From Burkholderiaceae bacterium (lineage in GTDB: Bacteria; Pseudomonadota; Gammaproteobacteria; Burkholderiales; Burkholderiaceae_C): a stretch of DNA of 64,000 bases. A program made the position numbers and the translations under genes. Position 1 is the first letter of the stretch, and each line of letters opens with the position of its first letter. Under the pieces are notes generated by a model. The model did no database searches and was not told the origin of the DNA. It worked only from the letters and a program-made list of their open reading frames with translations. This document shows, one piece after another, positions 47,213 through 58,125 of this stretch. The stretch covers positions 2,207 through 66,206 of the forward strand of contig JAYPEA010000005.1 of assembly GCA_038125525.1 (NCBI GenBank), written 5' to 3'.

Positions 47213-48490
47213 ATGACCCCCCACGTTTCCCAAACATCGGCAACGCCCCCTCCTGCGGTTGCCTCCGATTCGTATCGCATGACGGCAGCCGAGCGGCGTG
47301 CGAGCTTCTCACTCAGCGGGCTTTATGCGTTACGCATGCTTGGCCTATTTATTGTGCTGCCCGTGTTTGCGCTGCAAGCCGCAAACTACCCCGGTGGCAA
47401 CGACCCGGCCATGGTGGGCCTGGCCATGGGAGCCTATGGGCTTACCCAGGCATGCCTGCACTTGGTCTTTGGTGCGGCGTCTGACCGCTGGGGCCGAAAG
47501 CGGGTGATTGTGGGCGGCTTATTGATTTTTATTGCGGGCAGTTTGGTCGCGGCCATGGCACAAAGCGTCACTGGTCTCATCGTGGGTCGCATGCTGCAGG
47601 GCGCGGGCGCGGTCTCGGCCGTTATCAGCGCGCTGCTGGCCGACCAAACCCGCCCCGAGGTACGCACCAAAGCGTTGGCCATGGTGGGCGCCAGCATTGG
47701 GCTGATGTTTGCTTTGTCCTTGGTGCTGGCGCCACCGCTGGCCGCGGTTGCCGGTTTGCCTGGCTTGTTCGTGCTCACCGCCGCGCTCGCCGTGGTGGGT
47801 ATTTGGTTGCTTCTCAAACGCGTCCCGCCCGAGCCGTCGCGCCAAGCCTCCCACGCAAGCGCCGGTATGCGCGCCTTGCTTACGCACGGGCCCACGCTTC
47901 GCCTTAACGCCGGGGTGTTCATCATGCACGCCATGTTGCTGGCGCTATGGGTGGCCGTGCCCGGCATGCTGGTTCAAGCCGGGGTCGCACCGGCGGCACA
48001 TTGGCAGGTGTATCTGCCAGCCATGGCGGCATCGTTTGGCGTCATGGCGGTCACGCTGTTTCCCTTAGAGCGGCGCGGCTACACCCGAGCGGTATTTTTG
48101 TGCGCTATTGGCGTGGTGGCGCTGGTCTTGCTTGGCTTGGCCTGGGCCGCTTCGGCGGGGGTGGGCGCCGTCACGCTTGGCATGTTGTTGTTTGCCTTTT
48201 TTTGTTGCTCCAACATTCTCGAGGCCTGCCAGCCCAGCATTGCCTCGCGCGCCGCACCGCCCCATGCCCGTGGCGCCGCCATGGGTTTTTACAACACCTT
48301 GCAGTCGTTGGGGTTCTTTGCCGGGGGCGCCGTGGGCGGTTTGCTGATGCGGCAGTTGGGCGCGGTGGGGCTGTTTGTTACGTTAGCCGGCTTTACCCTG
48401 CTGTGGCTGCTGTTGGCGTGGCCCATGGCACCCCTGGGGGCCCGGGGCGAGGTGCAAGACGCAGCCACCGCACCAGCAACCGGCGCCTAG
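47213..48490 (+). CDS. MFS transporter (YajR-like)
   Basis: YALRMLGLFIVLPV, ASDRWGRKRV, GRMLQGAGA; ~12 TM segments. Confidence 0.88.
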   Translation: MTPHVSQTSATPPPAVASDSYRMTAAERRASFSLSGLYALRMLGLFIVLPVFALQAANYPGGNDPAMVGLAMGAYGLTQACLHLVFGAASDRWGRKRVIVGGLLIFIAGSLVAAMAQSVTGLIVGRMLQGAGAVSAVISALLADQTRPEVRTKALAMVGASIGLMFALSLVLAPPLAAVAGLPGLFVLTAALAVVGIWLLLKRVPPEPSRQASHASAGMRALLTHGPTLRLNAGVFIMHAMLLALWVAVPGMLVQAGVAPAAHWQVYLPAMAASFGVMAVTLFPLERRGYTRAVFLCAIGVVALVLLGLAWAASAGVGAVTLGMLLFAFFCCSNILEACQPSIASRAAPPHARGAAMGFYNTLQSLGFFAGGAVGGLLMRQLGAVGLFVTLAGFTLLWLLLAWPMAPLGARGEVQDAATAPATGA

Positions 48491-49200
48491 GCCAGTTGCG
48501 CCAATTCCTCATCGCTCAGCCAGCGCCAGGCCGACGGCGCCAACCCCTCAAGCGTTAGCCCACCCACTTGCGAACGGTGCAAGGCCACCACGCGGTTGCC
48601 CAGGGCAGCCACCATGCGCTTGACTTGGTGGTACCTGCCTTGAGTTAGCGTCAGGGCTAACTCATGTTCCCCCGTCCTCTGCGCGGCCTCGGCATGCAGC
48701 GCGCGTGGCTCGCCGCGTAGCACCACCCCAGCGCACAACGCGCGGCACAGCGCTTCGGTCACAGGGTCGCGGGTACACACCTGGTATACCTTGGGCACGC
48801 GATGCTTGGGCGAGGCCAAGCGGTGCAGCAGCGCGCCGTCGTCGGTGAGCAGCAGCAGCCCGGTGGTGTCGGCGTCGAGTCGCCCCACGCTTTGCACCCC
48901 AAGCTGCCCACCGGTAGGCCGCTGCCGCAGCGGTACTGGCAGCAACGCGTACACGCTGGGGTAGGCCGTTGGCCGTTGCGAACATTCGTAGCCTGCGGGT
49001 TTGTGCAGCATCACGGTGGCGTGGCGGCACACCGGCCAGCGCTGGCCGTTTACCTCCAAAACCAAACCAGCCAAGGGCAACGTAACAAACGGGTCGTGCT
49101 GCACCTGTGCGGCCACCCGCACGGCCCCGCTGCTGGCTAAGGCATGGCACGCGCGTCGCGAGCCAAAGCCCTGCCGGTAAAGCACCTCGTGCAGCGCCAT
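48487..49200 (-). CDS. rsuA: RsuA-family 16S rRNA pseudouridine synthase
   Basis: QGFGSRR S4-like start, LHKPAGY, GRLDADTTGLLLLTDDG, GRYHQVKRM. Confidence 0.85.
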   Translation of the reverse strand: MALHEVLYRQGFGSRRACHALASSGAVRVAAQVQHDPFVTLPLAGLVLEVNGQRWPVCRHATVMLHKPAGYECSQRPTAYPSVYALLPVPLRQRPTGGQLGVQSVGRLDADTTGLLLLTDDGALLHRLASPKHRVPKVYQVCTRDPVTEALCRALCAGVVLRGEPRALHAEAAQRTGEHELALTLTQGRYHQVKRMVAALGNRVVALHRSQVGGLTLEGLAPSAWRWLSDEELAQLA

Positions 49201-49234
49201 CTCGGTGGCCTGCGGCGCGTGGCGCACGAGCGCG

Positions 49235-49873
49235 CTACCTCAGCGTCACGCCGGTTTTGCTTTGTATGAATTCGCGCGTCACACCTGGCGCGGTTTCAAT
49301 CAGTTTTAAGCCCTCCGGCGTCACGTCCATCACCCCCAAATCGGTGATGATTTGATCCACCACGCCCACGCCCGTGAGCGGCAGCGTGCACTGGGGCAAG
49401 ATTTTGAGGTCTTCGGTCCCGTCCTTTTTACGCGCCACGTGCTCCATCAAAATCACCACGCGCCCCACCCCAGCCACCAAGTCCATGGCGCCGCCCATGC
49501 CCTTAATCATCTTGCCTGGAATCATCCAGTTGGCCAAATCGCCGTGCTCGCTGACTTGCATGGCGCCCAAAAACGACAAATTAATTTTGCCGCCGCGAAT
49601 CATGGCAAAACTGTCGTGGCTGCCAAAAATGGACGTGCCGGCAATGGTGGTCACGGTTTGTTTGCCGGCATTAATCAAATCTGCGTCCACCTCGTCTTCG
49701 GTCGGAAACGGCCCAATGCCGAGCATACCGTTCTCAGACTGCAGCCACACCTCCATGTGATCAGGCACGTGATTGGCCACCAACGTGGGCAGGCCAATAC
49801 CCAGGTTCACGTAAAAACCATCTTGCAACTCTTGCGCCGCGCGTGCGGCCATCTCGTCGTGACTCCAGCTCAT
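49235..49873 (-). CDS. scoB: 3-oxoacid CoA-transferase subunit B
   Basis: [18 protein letters not shown] (catalytic Glu), GMGGAMDLV. Confidence 0.9.
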   Translation of the reverse strand: MSWSHDEMAARAAQELQDGFYVNLGIGLPTLVANHVPDHMEVWLQSENGMLGIGPFPTEDEVDADLINAGKQTVTTIAGTSIFGSHDSFAMIRGGKINLSFLGAMQVSEHGDLANWMIPGKMIKGMGGAMDLVAGVGRVVILMEHVARKKDGTEDLKILPQCTLPLTGVGVVDQIITDLGVMDVTPEGLKLIETAPGVTREFIQSKTGVTLR

Positions 49874-50580
49874 GCGTGGGCTCCCTCGCGCGTGGTGCGC
49901 TTTTCAATGCGTTTTTCTGGGTTGGGGTTGCACACCAGGCGGTGCACGTACACACCGGGCAGGTGCACCGAGTCCGGGTGAATCGCACCAAGCTCTACGA
50001 CTTCCTCTACCTCGGCCACACAAACCTTGCCTGCCATGGCCGCGGCAGGGTTAAAGTTGCGCGCGGTGTAACGAAACTGCAAATTACCCGAATGGTCGGC
50101 GCGCCACGCCTTGACCAGCGACACATCGGGCACCAAGGCGCGCTCCATGATGTAGCGCTTGCCGTCAAACTCGCGCTCTTCTTTGCCCTCGGCCACCACG
50201 GTACCCACCCCTGTGCGCGTAAAAAACGCCGGAATGCCGGCGCCACCAGCGCGCAGCTTCTCGGCCAGCGTGCCTTGTGGGGTAAATTCCAGCTCAAGCT
50301 CGCCCGCCAAGTACTGACGCTCAAACTCTTTGTTTTCGCCCACGTAAGACGAAATCATCTTCTTCACCTGACGTGTCTCAAGCAGTTTACCCAACCCAAA
50401 GCCGTCCACGCCGGCGTTGTTGGAGATCACCGTCAGGCCTTTCTTGCCCGAGTCACGCACCGCGTCAATCAACGCCTCAGGAATGCCGCACAGCCCAAAC
50501 CCACCCACAGCCATCAAGATGTCATCGGCCAGCAAGTCGCGTAGGGCTTGCGTTGCGTCAGAATACACTTTGTTCAACAC
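49870..50580 (-). CDS. scoA: 3-oxoacid CoA-transferase subunit A
   Basis: [34 protein letters not shown]. Confidence 0.9.
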   Translation of the reverse strand: MLNKVYSDATQALRDLLADDILMAVGGFGLCGIPEALIDAVRDSGKKGLTVISNNAGVDGFGLGKLLETRQVKKMISSYVGENKEFERQYLAGELELEFTPQGTLAEKLRAGGAGIPAFFTRTGVGTVVAEGKEEREFDGKRYIMERALVPDVSLVKAWRADHSGNLQFRYTARNFNPAAAMAGKVCVAEVEEVVELGAIHPDSVHLPGVYVHRLVCNPNPEKRIEKRTTREGAHA

Positions 50581-50651
50581 TTTCTCCCGTTAACAACGTA
50601 AAGTCGTAGTTTCGCACACCTTGTTGCACTCTGCGGCCCAGGAGCCTCACC

Positions 50652-51242
50652 ATGTCTCACGCCCGTTACCCCGTGCCCGATGTGCTTGATTTGCCCGACG
50701 ACATGCGCGCACGCATTCTGGAGGTGCAAGAAAAAAGCGGCTTCATCCCTAACGTTTTCTTAGCCCTGGCGCGCCGGCCCGACGAGTGGCGCGCTTTTTT
50801 TGCCTACCACGACGCATTGATGCTCAAAGACGGCGGCAACCTTAGCAAAGGCGACCGCGAGATGATTGTGACGGCCACCAGCGCAGCGAATCACTGCCTG
50901 TACTGCGTGGTGGCTCATGGCGCGTTGCTGCGCATTTACGAAAAAAAACCCTTGGTCGCCGACCAAGTCGCCACCAATTACCGCAAGGCCGACATCACGC
51001 CTCGCCAGCGCGCCATGCTGGACTTTGCCATGAAAGTCTGTTTGCAATCGCACGCCGTTGACGACGCGGATTTTGCGGCCTTGGCCGCACACGGCTTTGA
51101 CGACGAAGACGCCTGGGACATCGCCGCCATCACGGCTTTTTTTGGGCTTAGCAATCGGATGGCCAGTTTCAGCGCCATGCAACCCAACCCCGAGTTTTAC
51201 CTGCTCGGCCGGGTGCCAAAAGGTCAATCCGCCAAGGGCTAA
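50652..51242 (+). CDS. AhpD/CMD-family peroxidase-related enzyme
   Basis: EKSGFIPNVF, EMI..ATS.ANHCLYCVVAH (CxxC), NRMASF; RBS AGGAG. Confidence 0.88.
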   Translation: MSHARYPVPDVLDLPDDMRARILEVQEKSGFIPNVFLALARRPDEWRAFFAYHDALMLKDGGNLSKGDREMIVTATSAANHCLYCVVAHGALLRIYEKKPLVADQVATNYRKADITPRQRAMLDFAMKVCLQSHAVDDADFAALAAHGFDDEDAWDIAAITAFFGLSNRMASFSAMQPNPEFYLLGRVPKGQSAKG

Positions 51243-51664
51243 ACGCTGACCAATTCGCGCAGCCAATCCGGCAGCGCCTTGGCTTTGCGCTGTTGGTAGT
51301 CCACCCACATGGTGGTGGCGCCACCGGCGGCGTAAACGGTCTCGGGGTCATCGCCCCGGTGCATGGTGACCCACGACTCAAACGTGGTGCGCGCGGGATC
51401 ACTGGCGTACATGCGCAATTGCACCTCGCAGGGGTAGCTCAACTCACGATAAAAATTACAAAACGCGTTGACGATTAAGGGCCCCTCGTCGCCTTGGCCG
51501 CTGGTGTTCACACCCAAGCCCGTTAACCAATCGATGCGGGCGGTCTCGAAATAGCGGAAGTAGTACGCGTTGTTCAGGTGCCCCATGGCGTCCATGTCGC
51601 CCCAACGCATGGGAAAGTTGCAGGTGTATACCAGTTTCTTACGTTCGGGTAGTTCGATTCGCAT
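51239..51664 (-). CDS. Acyl-CoA thioesterase (4HBT/YbgC-like)
   Basis: MRWGDMDAMGHLNNAYYFRYFE hot-dog motif. Confidence 0.88.
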   Translation of the reverse strand: MRIELPERKKLVYTCNFPMRWGDMDAMGHLNNAYYFRYFETARIDWLTGLGVNTSGQGDEGPLIVNAFCNFYRELSYPCEVQLRMYASDPARTTFESWVTMHRGDDPETVYAAGGATTMWVDYQQRKAKALPDWLRELVSV

Positions 51665-51721
51665 CGCGACATCCTAAAATGAAACGCGGTATTTCCCAAG
51701 CCAGCCCCCTCCAAGTTCACC

Positions 51722-53401
51722 ATGTCCACCACCCCCCCCACCCTTCTTGAGCAATTCGGCCCGCGCGAGGCCATGGACTATGACGTGGTCATCGTGGGCG
51801 CTGGGCCAGCGGGCTTAGCCGCGGCCATCCGCATCAAGCAGCAAGCCGCCGCCAGCGGTCAAGAGGTTTCGGTGGTGGTGCTAGAAAAAGGCGCCGAGCC
51901 CGGCGCGCATATCTTATCGGGCGCCATCATGGACCCGCGCGCGCTTACCGAACTGCTGCCCGAGTGGGCCGCCAGCGGGGCGCCGCTGACGCAGCCGGTC
52001 ACGCGCGACGAATTTTGGTTTCTCACCGAATCGGGCATGCGCCGCACCCCGTCGTGGCTGCTGCCCAAATGTTTTGACAACCACGGCAACTACATCATTA
52101 GCCTGGGGCAGCTGGTACGCTGGCTGGCCGAGCAAGCCGAAGCCCTGGGGGTAGAAATTTTTCCCGGATTCGCCGCCGCCGAGGTGCTGTACCGAGACGA
52201 CGGCGCCGTGGCCGGCGTGGCCACGGGCAACATGGGGGTAGGCAAAGACGGCCAACCCAGCGAGCAGTTTCAATTGGGCATGGCGCTGCACGGTAAGTAC
52301 ACCTTGTTTGCCGAAGGCGCGCGTGGTCATTTGGGCAAGCAACTCATTGCGCACTTTGCGCTAGACGCAGGGCGTGACCCGCAGAGCTACGGCATCGGCA
52401 TCAAGGAACTGTGGGAGGTTGACCCCGCCCAACACCGCGCGGGCTTTGCGCTGCACAGCGCGGGTTGGCCGCTGGCCTCAGACACCTACGGCGGCGCGTT
52501 TTTGTATCACATGGCCAACAATCAAGTGGCCGTGGGCATGGTGGTGGGGTTGGACTACGCCAACCCCTGGCTCAGCCCGTTTGAAGAAATGCAACGCTTC
52601 AAAACCCACCCCGCCATCGCCCCCCTGTTTGCGGGCGGCCGTCGCCTGGCCTACGGCGCCCGCGCCCTCACCGCCGGGGGCTTGTTGTCGCTACCTAAGC
52701 TTGCCTTTGCTGGCGGCGCCCTGCTTGGCTGCGACGCTGGCACACTTAACGCCAGCCGCATCAAGGGCAGCCACGCGGCCATCAAAACCGGCATGCTGGC
52801 GGCCGACGCCGTGGTGCAGGCCCTAGGCCAAGGGCGCAGCCACGATGCCCTGCACGCCTACCCCGAGGCGTTTGAGCGGTCATGGCTACGCGACGAGTTG
52901 CACCAGGCGCGTAACTTCAAAACCTGGTTCAAAAAAGGCCGCGCTGTGGGCACCGTCATGACTGGGGTCGAGCAATGGTTGCTGCGCGGGCGCTTTCCGT
53001 GGACGGTGCACCGCAACCAACCCGACCACGTGGCGCTCAAGCCCGCGGCGCAATGTCCACGCATCGACTACCCCAAGCCCGACGGCGTGCTCACCTTCGA
53101 CCGGCTCTCCAGCGTGTTCATCAGCAACACCAACCACGAAGAAAACCAGCCGGCCCACCTCACGCTGCGCAACGCCGAGGTACCGCTGCAGGTCAACCTG
53201 CCCACCTACGCCGGGCCCGAGGCACGCTACTGCCCGGCTGGGGTCTACGAATACGTGGCCGACGACCAAGGTGGGCAACGCCTGCAAATCAACGCACAAA
53301 ACTGCGTGCACTGCAAAACCTGCGACATCAAAGACCCCACCCAAAACATCGTATGGGTCACCCCCGAAGGCGGCGGCGGACCGGTGTACAGCGGCATGTA
53401 A
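51722..53401 (+). CDS. Electron-transfer flavoprotein-ubiquinone oxidoreductase
   Basis: DVVIVGAGPAGL, HILSGA, C-terminal Fe-S motifs YCPAGVYE and NCVHCKTCDIKDP. Confidence 0.95.
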   Translation: MSTTPPTLLEQFGPREAMDYDVVIVGAGPAGLAAAIRIKQQAAASGQEVSVVVLEKGAEPGAHILSGAIMDPRALTELLPEWAASGAPLTQPVTRDEFWFLTESGMRRTPSWLLPKCFDNHGNYIISLGQLVRWLAEQAEALGVEIFPGFAAAEVLYRDDGAVAGVATGNMGVGKDGQPSEQFQLGMALHGKYTLFAEGARGHLGKQLIAHFALDAGRDPQSYGIGIKELWEVDPAQHRAGFALHSAGWPLASDTYGGAFLYHMANNQVAVGMVVGLDYANPWLSPFEEMQRFKTHPAIAPLFAGGRRLAYGARALTAGGLLSLPKLAFAGGALLGCDAGTLNASRIKGSHAAIKTGMLAADAVVQALGQGRSHDALHAYPEAFERSWLRDELHQARNFKTWFKKGRAVGTVMTGVEQWLLRGRFPWTVHRNQPDHVALKPAAQCPRIDYPKPDGVLTFDRLSSVFISNTNHEENQPAHLTLRNAEVPLQVNLPTYAGPEARYCPAGVYEYVADDQGGQRLQINAQNCVHCKTCDIKDPTQNIVWVTPEGGGGPVYSGM

Positions 53402-53439
53402 CGGCGGCTTGGGCTGACCCCCGATTGCTGCTACACTGC

Positions 53440-53615
53440 CAATCGCGTCAGGAGAGTGCCACCCCGAGTGGCCGCCGAAGGCCGAACGCTCAGGCAAAAG
53501 GACTGTCGCCGTCAATTCTGTTGGAGAGAGAAGCCAGCCTCATGGCTTCCACCGAAGGGGCAAGCCGGCCACCACCTTGGACGGCGAATCTCTCAGGTAA
53601 AGCGGACAGCAGGGT
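53440..53615 (+). ncRNA. Tandem glycine riboswitch
   Basis: Two aptamer-type repeats GGAGAG...CCGAAGG...CTCAGG-AAA-GGAC directly upstream of gcvT; boundaries approximate. Confidence 0.87.
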
Positions 53616-53659
53616 TACCCAGCAGGCACGGGCCTGTTGTGGTTAACGCCGAGCCCTGC

Positions 53660-54802
53660 ATGACCCACGACCCGTCCAACCCCGCCCCTTTACTTCGCAC
53701 CGCACTGCACGATTTGCATGTGGCCGCCCAGGCACGCATGGTGCCGTTTGCCGGCTACGACATGCCTGTGCAATACCCGGCGGGCTTGCTGGCCGAGCAC
53801 GCCCACTGCCGCGCGGCTGCGGCGTTGTTCGACGTCTCGCACATGGGGCAAATCGTGGTCAGCGGTAACGAAGCCGCGCAAGCCCTTGAGCATGCCTTAC
53901 CCATCGATGCCCAGGGCATGGCCGTGGGCCAACAACGCTATGCCTTAATGCTCAACGACGCCGGGGGCATCATCGACGACCTGATGGTCACGCGTCGCGC
54001 CCACGATTGGCTGCTGGTGGTCAACGGCGCGTGTAAACACACCGACCTCGCCCACTTGCAACGCGTGCTGGCGCCCTATGCGGTGCATCTGCAACCGCAA
54101 TTTGGGCACGCCTTGCTGGCACTGCAAGGCCCACAGGCGGCGGCGGCCCTGGCGCCCTTGCTGCCCCCAAGCCAAGCCTTGGTATTCATGACGGGCGCGC
54201 CCGCCGACTGGCAAGGGCACACGCTGCACGTCACGCGTAGTGGCTACACCGGCGAAGACGGATTTGAAATCTCGGCGCCCGCCGAGGCCGCCCAAGCGCT
54301 GGCGCAAGCCTTGCTGGCGCAGCCCACGGTGCAATGGGCGGGGCTGGGCGCGCGCAACGCGTTGCGCCTTGAGGCCGGCCTGTGCTTGTACGGCAACGAC
54401 ATTGACGCCACCACCACCCCAAGCGAAGCGGGCTTGGTGTGGTCCATACAAAAGGTTAGGCGCCCGGGGGGCGAGCGCGCCGGTCAATTCATCGGCGCGG
54501 ACACCGTGTTGGCGCAACTCGCCGGCACCCAGGCGCTGACTCGGCGCCGCGTTGGGCTGCTGGGGCTGGCGCGCGTACCGGTGCGCGAGGGCTGTACGCT
54601 GCTTGAGGCCGATGGCGCCGAGTGCGGCCAGGTGGTCAGCGGCTTGCTTTCGCCCCAGCTTAACCAACCGATTGCCATGGCATATGTGCGCCCCGAAGTT
54701 GCCAGCGCCCAAACCGCGCTCACCGCCATGGTGCGCGGTAAGCCCGTGCCCATGCAGGTGGCGGCCATGCCGTTTGTTCCCCATCGTTACTTTCGCGGCT
54801 AA
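53660..54802 (+). CDS. gcvT: Glycine cleavage system T protein
   Basis: MVPFAGYDMP, LFDVSHMGQ, TRSGYTGEDGFEI, GLGARNALRLEAGLCLYG. Confidence 0.95.
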   Translation: MTHDPSNPAPLLRTALHDLHVAAQARMVPFAGYDMPVQYPAGLLAEHAHCRAAAALFDVSHMGQIVVSGNEAAQALEHALPIDAQGMAVGQQRYALMLNDAGGIIDDLMVTRRAHDWLLVVNGACKHTDLAHLQRVLAPYAVHLQPQFGHALLALQGPQAAAALAPLLPPSQALVFMTGAPADWQGHTLHVTRSGYTGEDGFEISAPAEAAQALAQALLAQPTVQWAGLGARNALRLEAGLCLYGNDIDATTTPSEAGLVWSIQKVRRPGGERAGQFIGADTVLAQLAGTQALTRRRVGLLGLARVPVREGCTLLEADGAECGQVVSGLLSPQLNQPIAMAYVRPEVASAQTALTAMVRGKPVPMQVAAMPFVPHRYFRG

Positions 54803-54826
54803 GCCGCCTAGCCCAGGAGACCACAC

Positions 54827-55195
54827 ATGCTCAAGTTCACCACCGACCACGAATGGATACGCCAAGACGGCGATACCGTCACCGTGGGTATCACCCATCA
54901 CGCCCAGGACGCTTTGGGCGATGTGGTGTTTGTTGAGTTACCTGAGGTGGGCAGCACACTGCCAGCCAAAGCCACCGCCGGTGTGGTGGAGTCGGTCAAG
55001 GCCGCCGCCGATGTCTACATGCCAGTCAGTGGCGAGATCACCGAGGTGAACGAGGCGCTGCGCGCCGACCCCGCCTTGGCCAACAACAACCCCATGGACG
55101 AAGGCTGGTTTTTTAAGGTGCGCCTAAGCCAACCCGCCGAGCTCGATGGCCTCATGGACGAGGCTGCCTACCAAGCCTTTGCCCAAAACGCCTAA
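54827..55195 (+). CDS. gcvH: Glycine cleavage system H protein
   Basis: [21 protein letters not shown], lipoyl motif VESVKAA. Confidence 0.96.
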   Translation: MLKFTTDHEWIRQDGDTVTVGITHHAQDALGDVVFVELPEVGSTLPAKATAGVVESVKAAADVYMPVSGEITEVNEALRADPALANNNPMDEGWFFKVRLSQPAELDGLMDEAAYQAFAQNA

Positions 55196-55233
55196 TCCAG
55201 CTCCAAACCCTCTCACCCTTTTGCGGGCCACCC

Positions 55234-58125
55234 ATGCTCAAGTCCACCGCTGAACCCCTGCATCAACTCGAACCCGACCACGAATTCGCCAGCCGCCACA
55301 TTGGGCTAAGCGAAGCCGACCAGCAGCACATGCTGCAAACACTTGGCCTGCCTTCGCGCCAAGCCTTGGTTGAACAGGTGGTGCCGACAAACATTGCCCG
55401 CAAGCAACCCATGCAGTTGCCTCAGCCTGTAAGCGAGGCGCAGGCTCTGGCCGAACTGCGCGCGCTGGCCGCACGCAACCGAGTGCTCAAGAGTTGCATC
55501 GGACAAGGCTACCACGGCACCCTCACGCCCACCGTGATTTTGCGCAACGTGCTAGAAAACCCCGCGTGGTACACGGCGTACACGCCCTACCAGGCCGAGA
55601 TTTCTCAAGGCCGCATGGAGGCGCTGATTAACTTTCAAACCATGGTGTGTGACCTTACCGCCATGCCCATTGCCAACGCCTCCATGCTGGACGAAGCCAC
55701 CGCCGTGGCCGAAGCAATGACGCTGGCGCGGCGCAGCGTCAAAGCCAGCAGCCAAACCGTGCTGGTGTCTCAAGACTGCCACCCGCAAACGCTGGAGGTG
55801 TTGCAAACCCGTGCCGAACCCCTGGGCCTCACGCTGCGCGTGCTGCCGGCCAGCGCATGGCACGAAGCCCTCACGCAGGGCGACTACTTTGCCGCCATTA
55901 CCCAATACCCCGCCACCTGCGGGGCGGTGCGCGATTGGCACGACGTGGCCGAGGTGGTGCACCAACACCAAGCGGCGTTGGTGGTGGCCGCCGATTTGTT
56001 GGCGCTCACGCTGCTTGCGCCGCCCGGCGAATGGGGCGCTGACATCGTGGTGGGCAGCACCCAGCGCTTTGGCATGCCCATGGGCAACGGCGGCCCGCAC
56101 GCCGCTTACCTCGCCTGTCGCGACGAATACAAACGCTCACTGCCCGGGCGCTTGGTGGGCGTGAGCGTGGACGCCCACGGCAACCCCGCCTATCGTTTGG
56201 CCCTGCAAACGCGCGAGCAACACATTCGCCGCGAAAAAGCCACCTCTAACATTTGCACCGCGCAGGTGCTGCCCGCGGTGGTGGCCAGCATGTATGCGGT
56301 GTACCACGGTGCCGAGGGCCTCAAACGCATCGCACGGCGCGTGGCCAGCTACACGGCGATCTTGGCCGATGCGCTACAACGCGCCGGCGTTGCCCCCACC
56401 GCCCAGGCGAGGTTTGACACCCTAACCCTGCCCATGACCGCAGCCGACGCCAGCGCCGTCATGGCGCGCGCGCTGGCCGCGGGCTACAACCTGCGCGCCA
56501 TGCCCGAGCACGCCTTGGGCATCACCCTAGACGAAACCACCACCCGCGCCGACCTCAATGCCTTGCTCAACGCGGTGGTGCCCGGTGCCACCATCGACTG
56601 GGAGCAAGCCAACAAAGGCGTGTGGTTGCAATGGCCCGATGCGCTGCAACGCCACAGCGGCTTTTTGCAACACCCGGTGTTTCAACAGCACCGCAGCGAA
56701 ACCGCCATGCTGCGTTACCTGCGGCGCTTGTCTGACAAAGACATCGCGCTAGACCGCAGCATGATTCCGCTGGGCAGTTGCACCATGAAGCTCAACGCCA
56801 CCAGCGAGATGATTCCCATCACCTGGCCCGAATTTGCGCACATTCACCCGTTTGCCCCTACCGATCAACGCGCAGGCTACACCGCCATGGCCGAACAACT
56901 CAGCCAGTGGTTGTGCCAAGCCACGGGTTACGCCGGCGTGAGCCTCCAGCCCAACGCTGGCTCGCAAGGCGAGTACGCCGGGCTGCTGGTGATTCAAGCC
57001 TGGCAACGCGGGCGTGGGCAAGGCCAGCGCAACGTCTGCCTGATTCCGGCCAGCGCGCACGGCACCAACCCGGCCTCAGCACAAATGGTGGGCATGCAGG
57101 TGGTGGTGGTCACGTGCGACGACCACGGCAACATCGACCTCGATGATTTGCGCGCCAAATGCCAAGCGCACGCCGATGACTTGGCCGCCCTCATGATCAC
57201 CTACCCCAGCACACATGGCGTATTTGAAAGCCACGTGCAACAGGTATGCGAACTGGTGCACGCCCACGGTGGCCGGGTTTATGTCGATGGCGCCAACCTC
57301 AACGCCTTGGTGGGGCTGGCCGCGCCAGGGGCGTTTGGGGGCGATGTAAGCCACCTGAACTTGCACAAAACCTTTTGCATTCCGCACGGCGGCGGCGGCC
57401 CCGGTGTGGGCCCGGTGTGCGTGGTTGAGGACTTGGTGCCCTACCTACCCGGCCACCGCAGCGGTGGGGTCGCCGGTGGCGTGGGTGCGGTGTCGGCCGC
57501 CCCGCTGGGCAACGCAGCGGTGCTGCCCATTTCATGGATGTACTGCCGCATGATGGGCACCGCCGGCTTACAAAGCGCCACCGAGTGCGCCATTTTGGCG
57601 GCCAACTACATCAGCGCGCGGCTCAAACCGCACTTTCCTACGCTTTACACCGGCGCCAACGGATGGGTGGCGCACGAGTGCATTCTCGACTGCCGCGACC
57701 TCAAAGCACGCTGCGGCGTGACCGCTGAGGACATTGCCAAGCGCCTCATGGACTACGGCTTTCACGCGCCCACGCTGTCTTTTCCGGTGGCCAACACCTT
57801 AATGGTGGAGCCCACCGAGAGCGAACCATTGGTGGAAATTGAACGTTTCATCCAAGCCATGCAATCGATTGCAGGCGAGATTCAAACCATCGAACAGGGC
57901 GACTGGCCACGAGACGATAATCCCCTCAAGCATGCGCCGCATACCGCGGCGCAAGTCACGGCCGAGGCCTGGTCCCACCCATACAGCCGCGAGGTTGCCG
58001 CGTTCGCGCTGCCAACCTTGCAGCAACACAAGGTGTGGCCAGCGGTGGGCCGGGTGGACAACGTCCATGGGGACCGCCACTTGTTTTGCAGCTGTATTCC
58101 ACTTTCCGAGGGAGATTTCACATGA
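55234..58125 (+). CDS. gcvP: Glycine dehydrogenase (decarboxylating), P protein
   Basis: [32 protein letters not shown]-lysine [18 protein letters not shown]. Confidence 0.97.
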   Translation: MLKSTAEPLHQLEPDHEFASRHIGLSEADQQHMLQTLGLPSRQALVEQVVPTNIARKQPMQLPQPVSEAQALAELRALAARNRVLKSCIGQGYHGTLTPTVILRNVLENPAWYTAYTPYQAEISQGRMEALINFQTMVCDLTAMPIANASMLDEATAVAEAMTLARRSVKASSQTVLVSQDCHPQTLEVLQTRAEPLGLTLRVLPASAWHEALTQGDYFAAITQYPATCGAVRDWHDVAEVVHQHQAALVVAADLLALTLLAPPGEWGADIVVGSTQRFGMPMGNGGPHAAYLACRDEYKRSLPGRLVGVSVDAHGNPAYRLALQTREQHIRREKATSNICTAQVLPAVVASMYAVYHGAEGLKRIARRVASYTAILADALQRAGVAPTAQARFDTLTLPMTAADASAVMARALAAGYNLRAMPEHALGITLDETTTRADLNALLNAVVPGATIDWEQANKGVWLQWPDALQRHSGFLQHPVFQQHRSETAMLRYLRRLSDKDIALDRSMIPLGSCTMKLNATSEMIPITWPEFAHIHPFAPTDQRAGYTAMAEQLSQWLCQATGYAGVSLQPNAGSQGEYAGLLVIQAWQRGRGQGQRNVCLIPASAHGTNPASAQMVGMQVVVVTCDDHGNIDLDDLRAKCQAHADDLAALMITYPSTHGVFESHVQQVCELVHAHGGRVYVDGANLNALVGLAAPGAFGGDVSHLNLHKTFCIPHGGGGPGVGPVCVVEDLVPYLPGHRSGGVAGGVGAVSAAPLGNAAVLPISWMYCRMMGTAGLQSATECAILAANYISARLKPHFPTLYTGANGWVAHECILDCRDLKARCGVTAEDIAKRLMDYGFHAPTLSFPVANTLMVEPTESEPLVEIERFIQAMQSIAGEIQTIEQGDWPRDDNPLKHAPHTAAQVTAEAWSHPYSREVAAFALPTLQQHKVWPAVGRVDNVHGDRHLFCSCIPLSEGDFT

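Noticed and set aside
49235-58125. Functional link of scoAB (succinyl-CoA) and gcvTHP (glycine) to ALA supply for bacteriochlorophyll
   Set aside because: No ALA synthase gene is in the window and no PpsR boxes were seen at these genes. The proximity is most simply the host chromosomal backbone.
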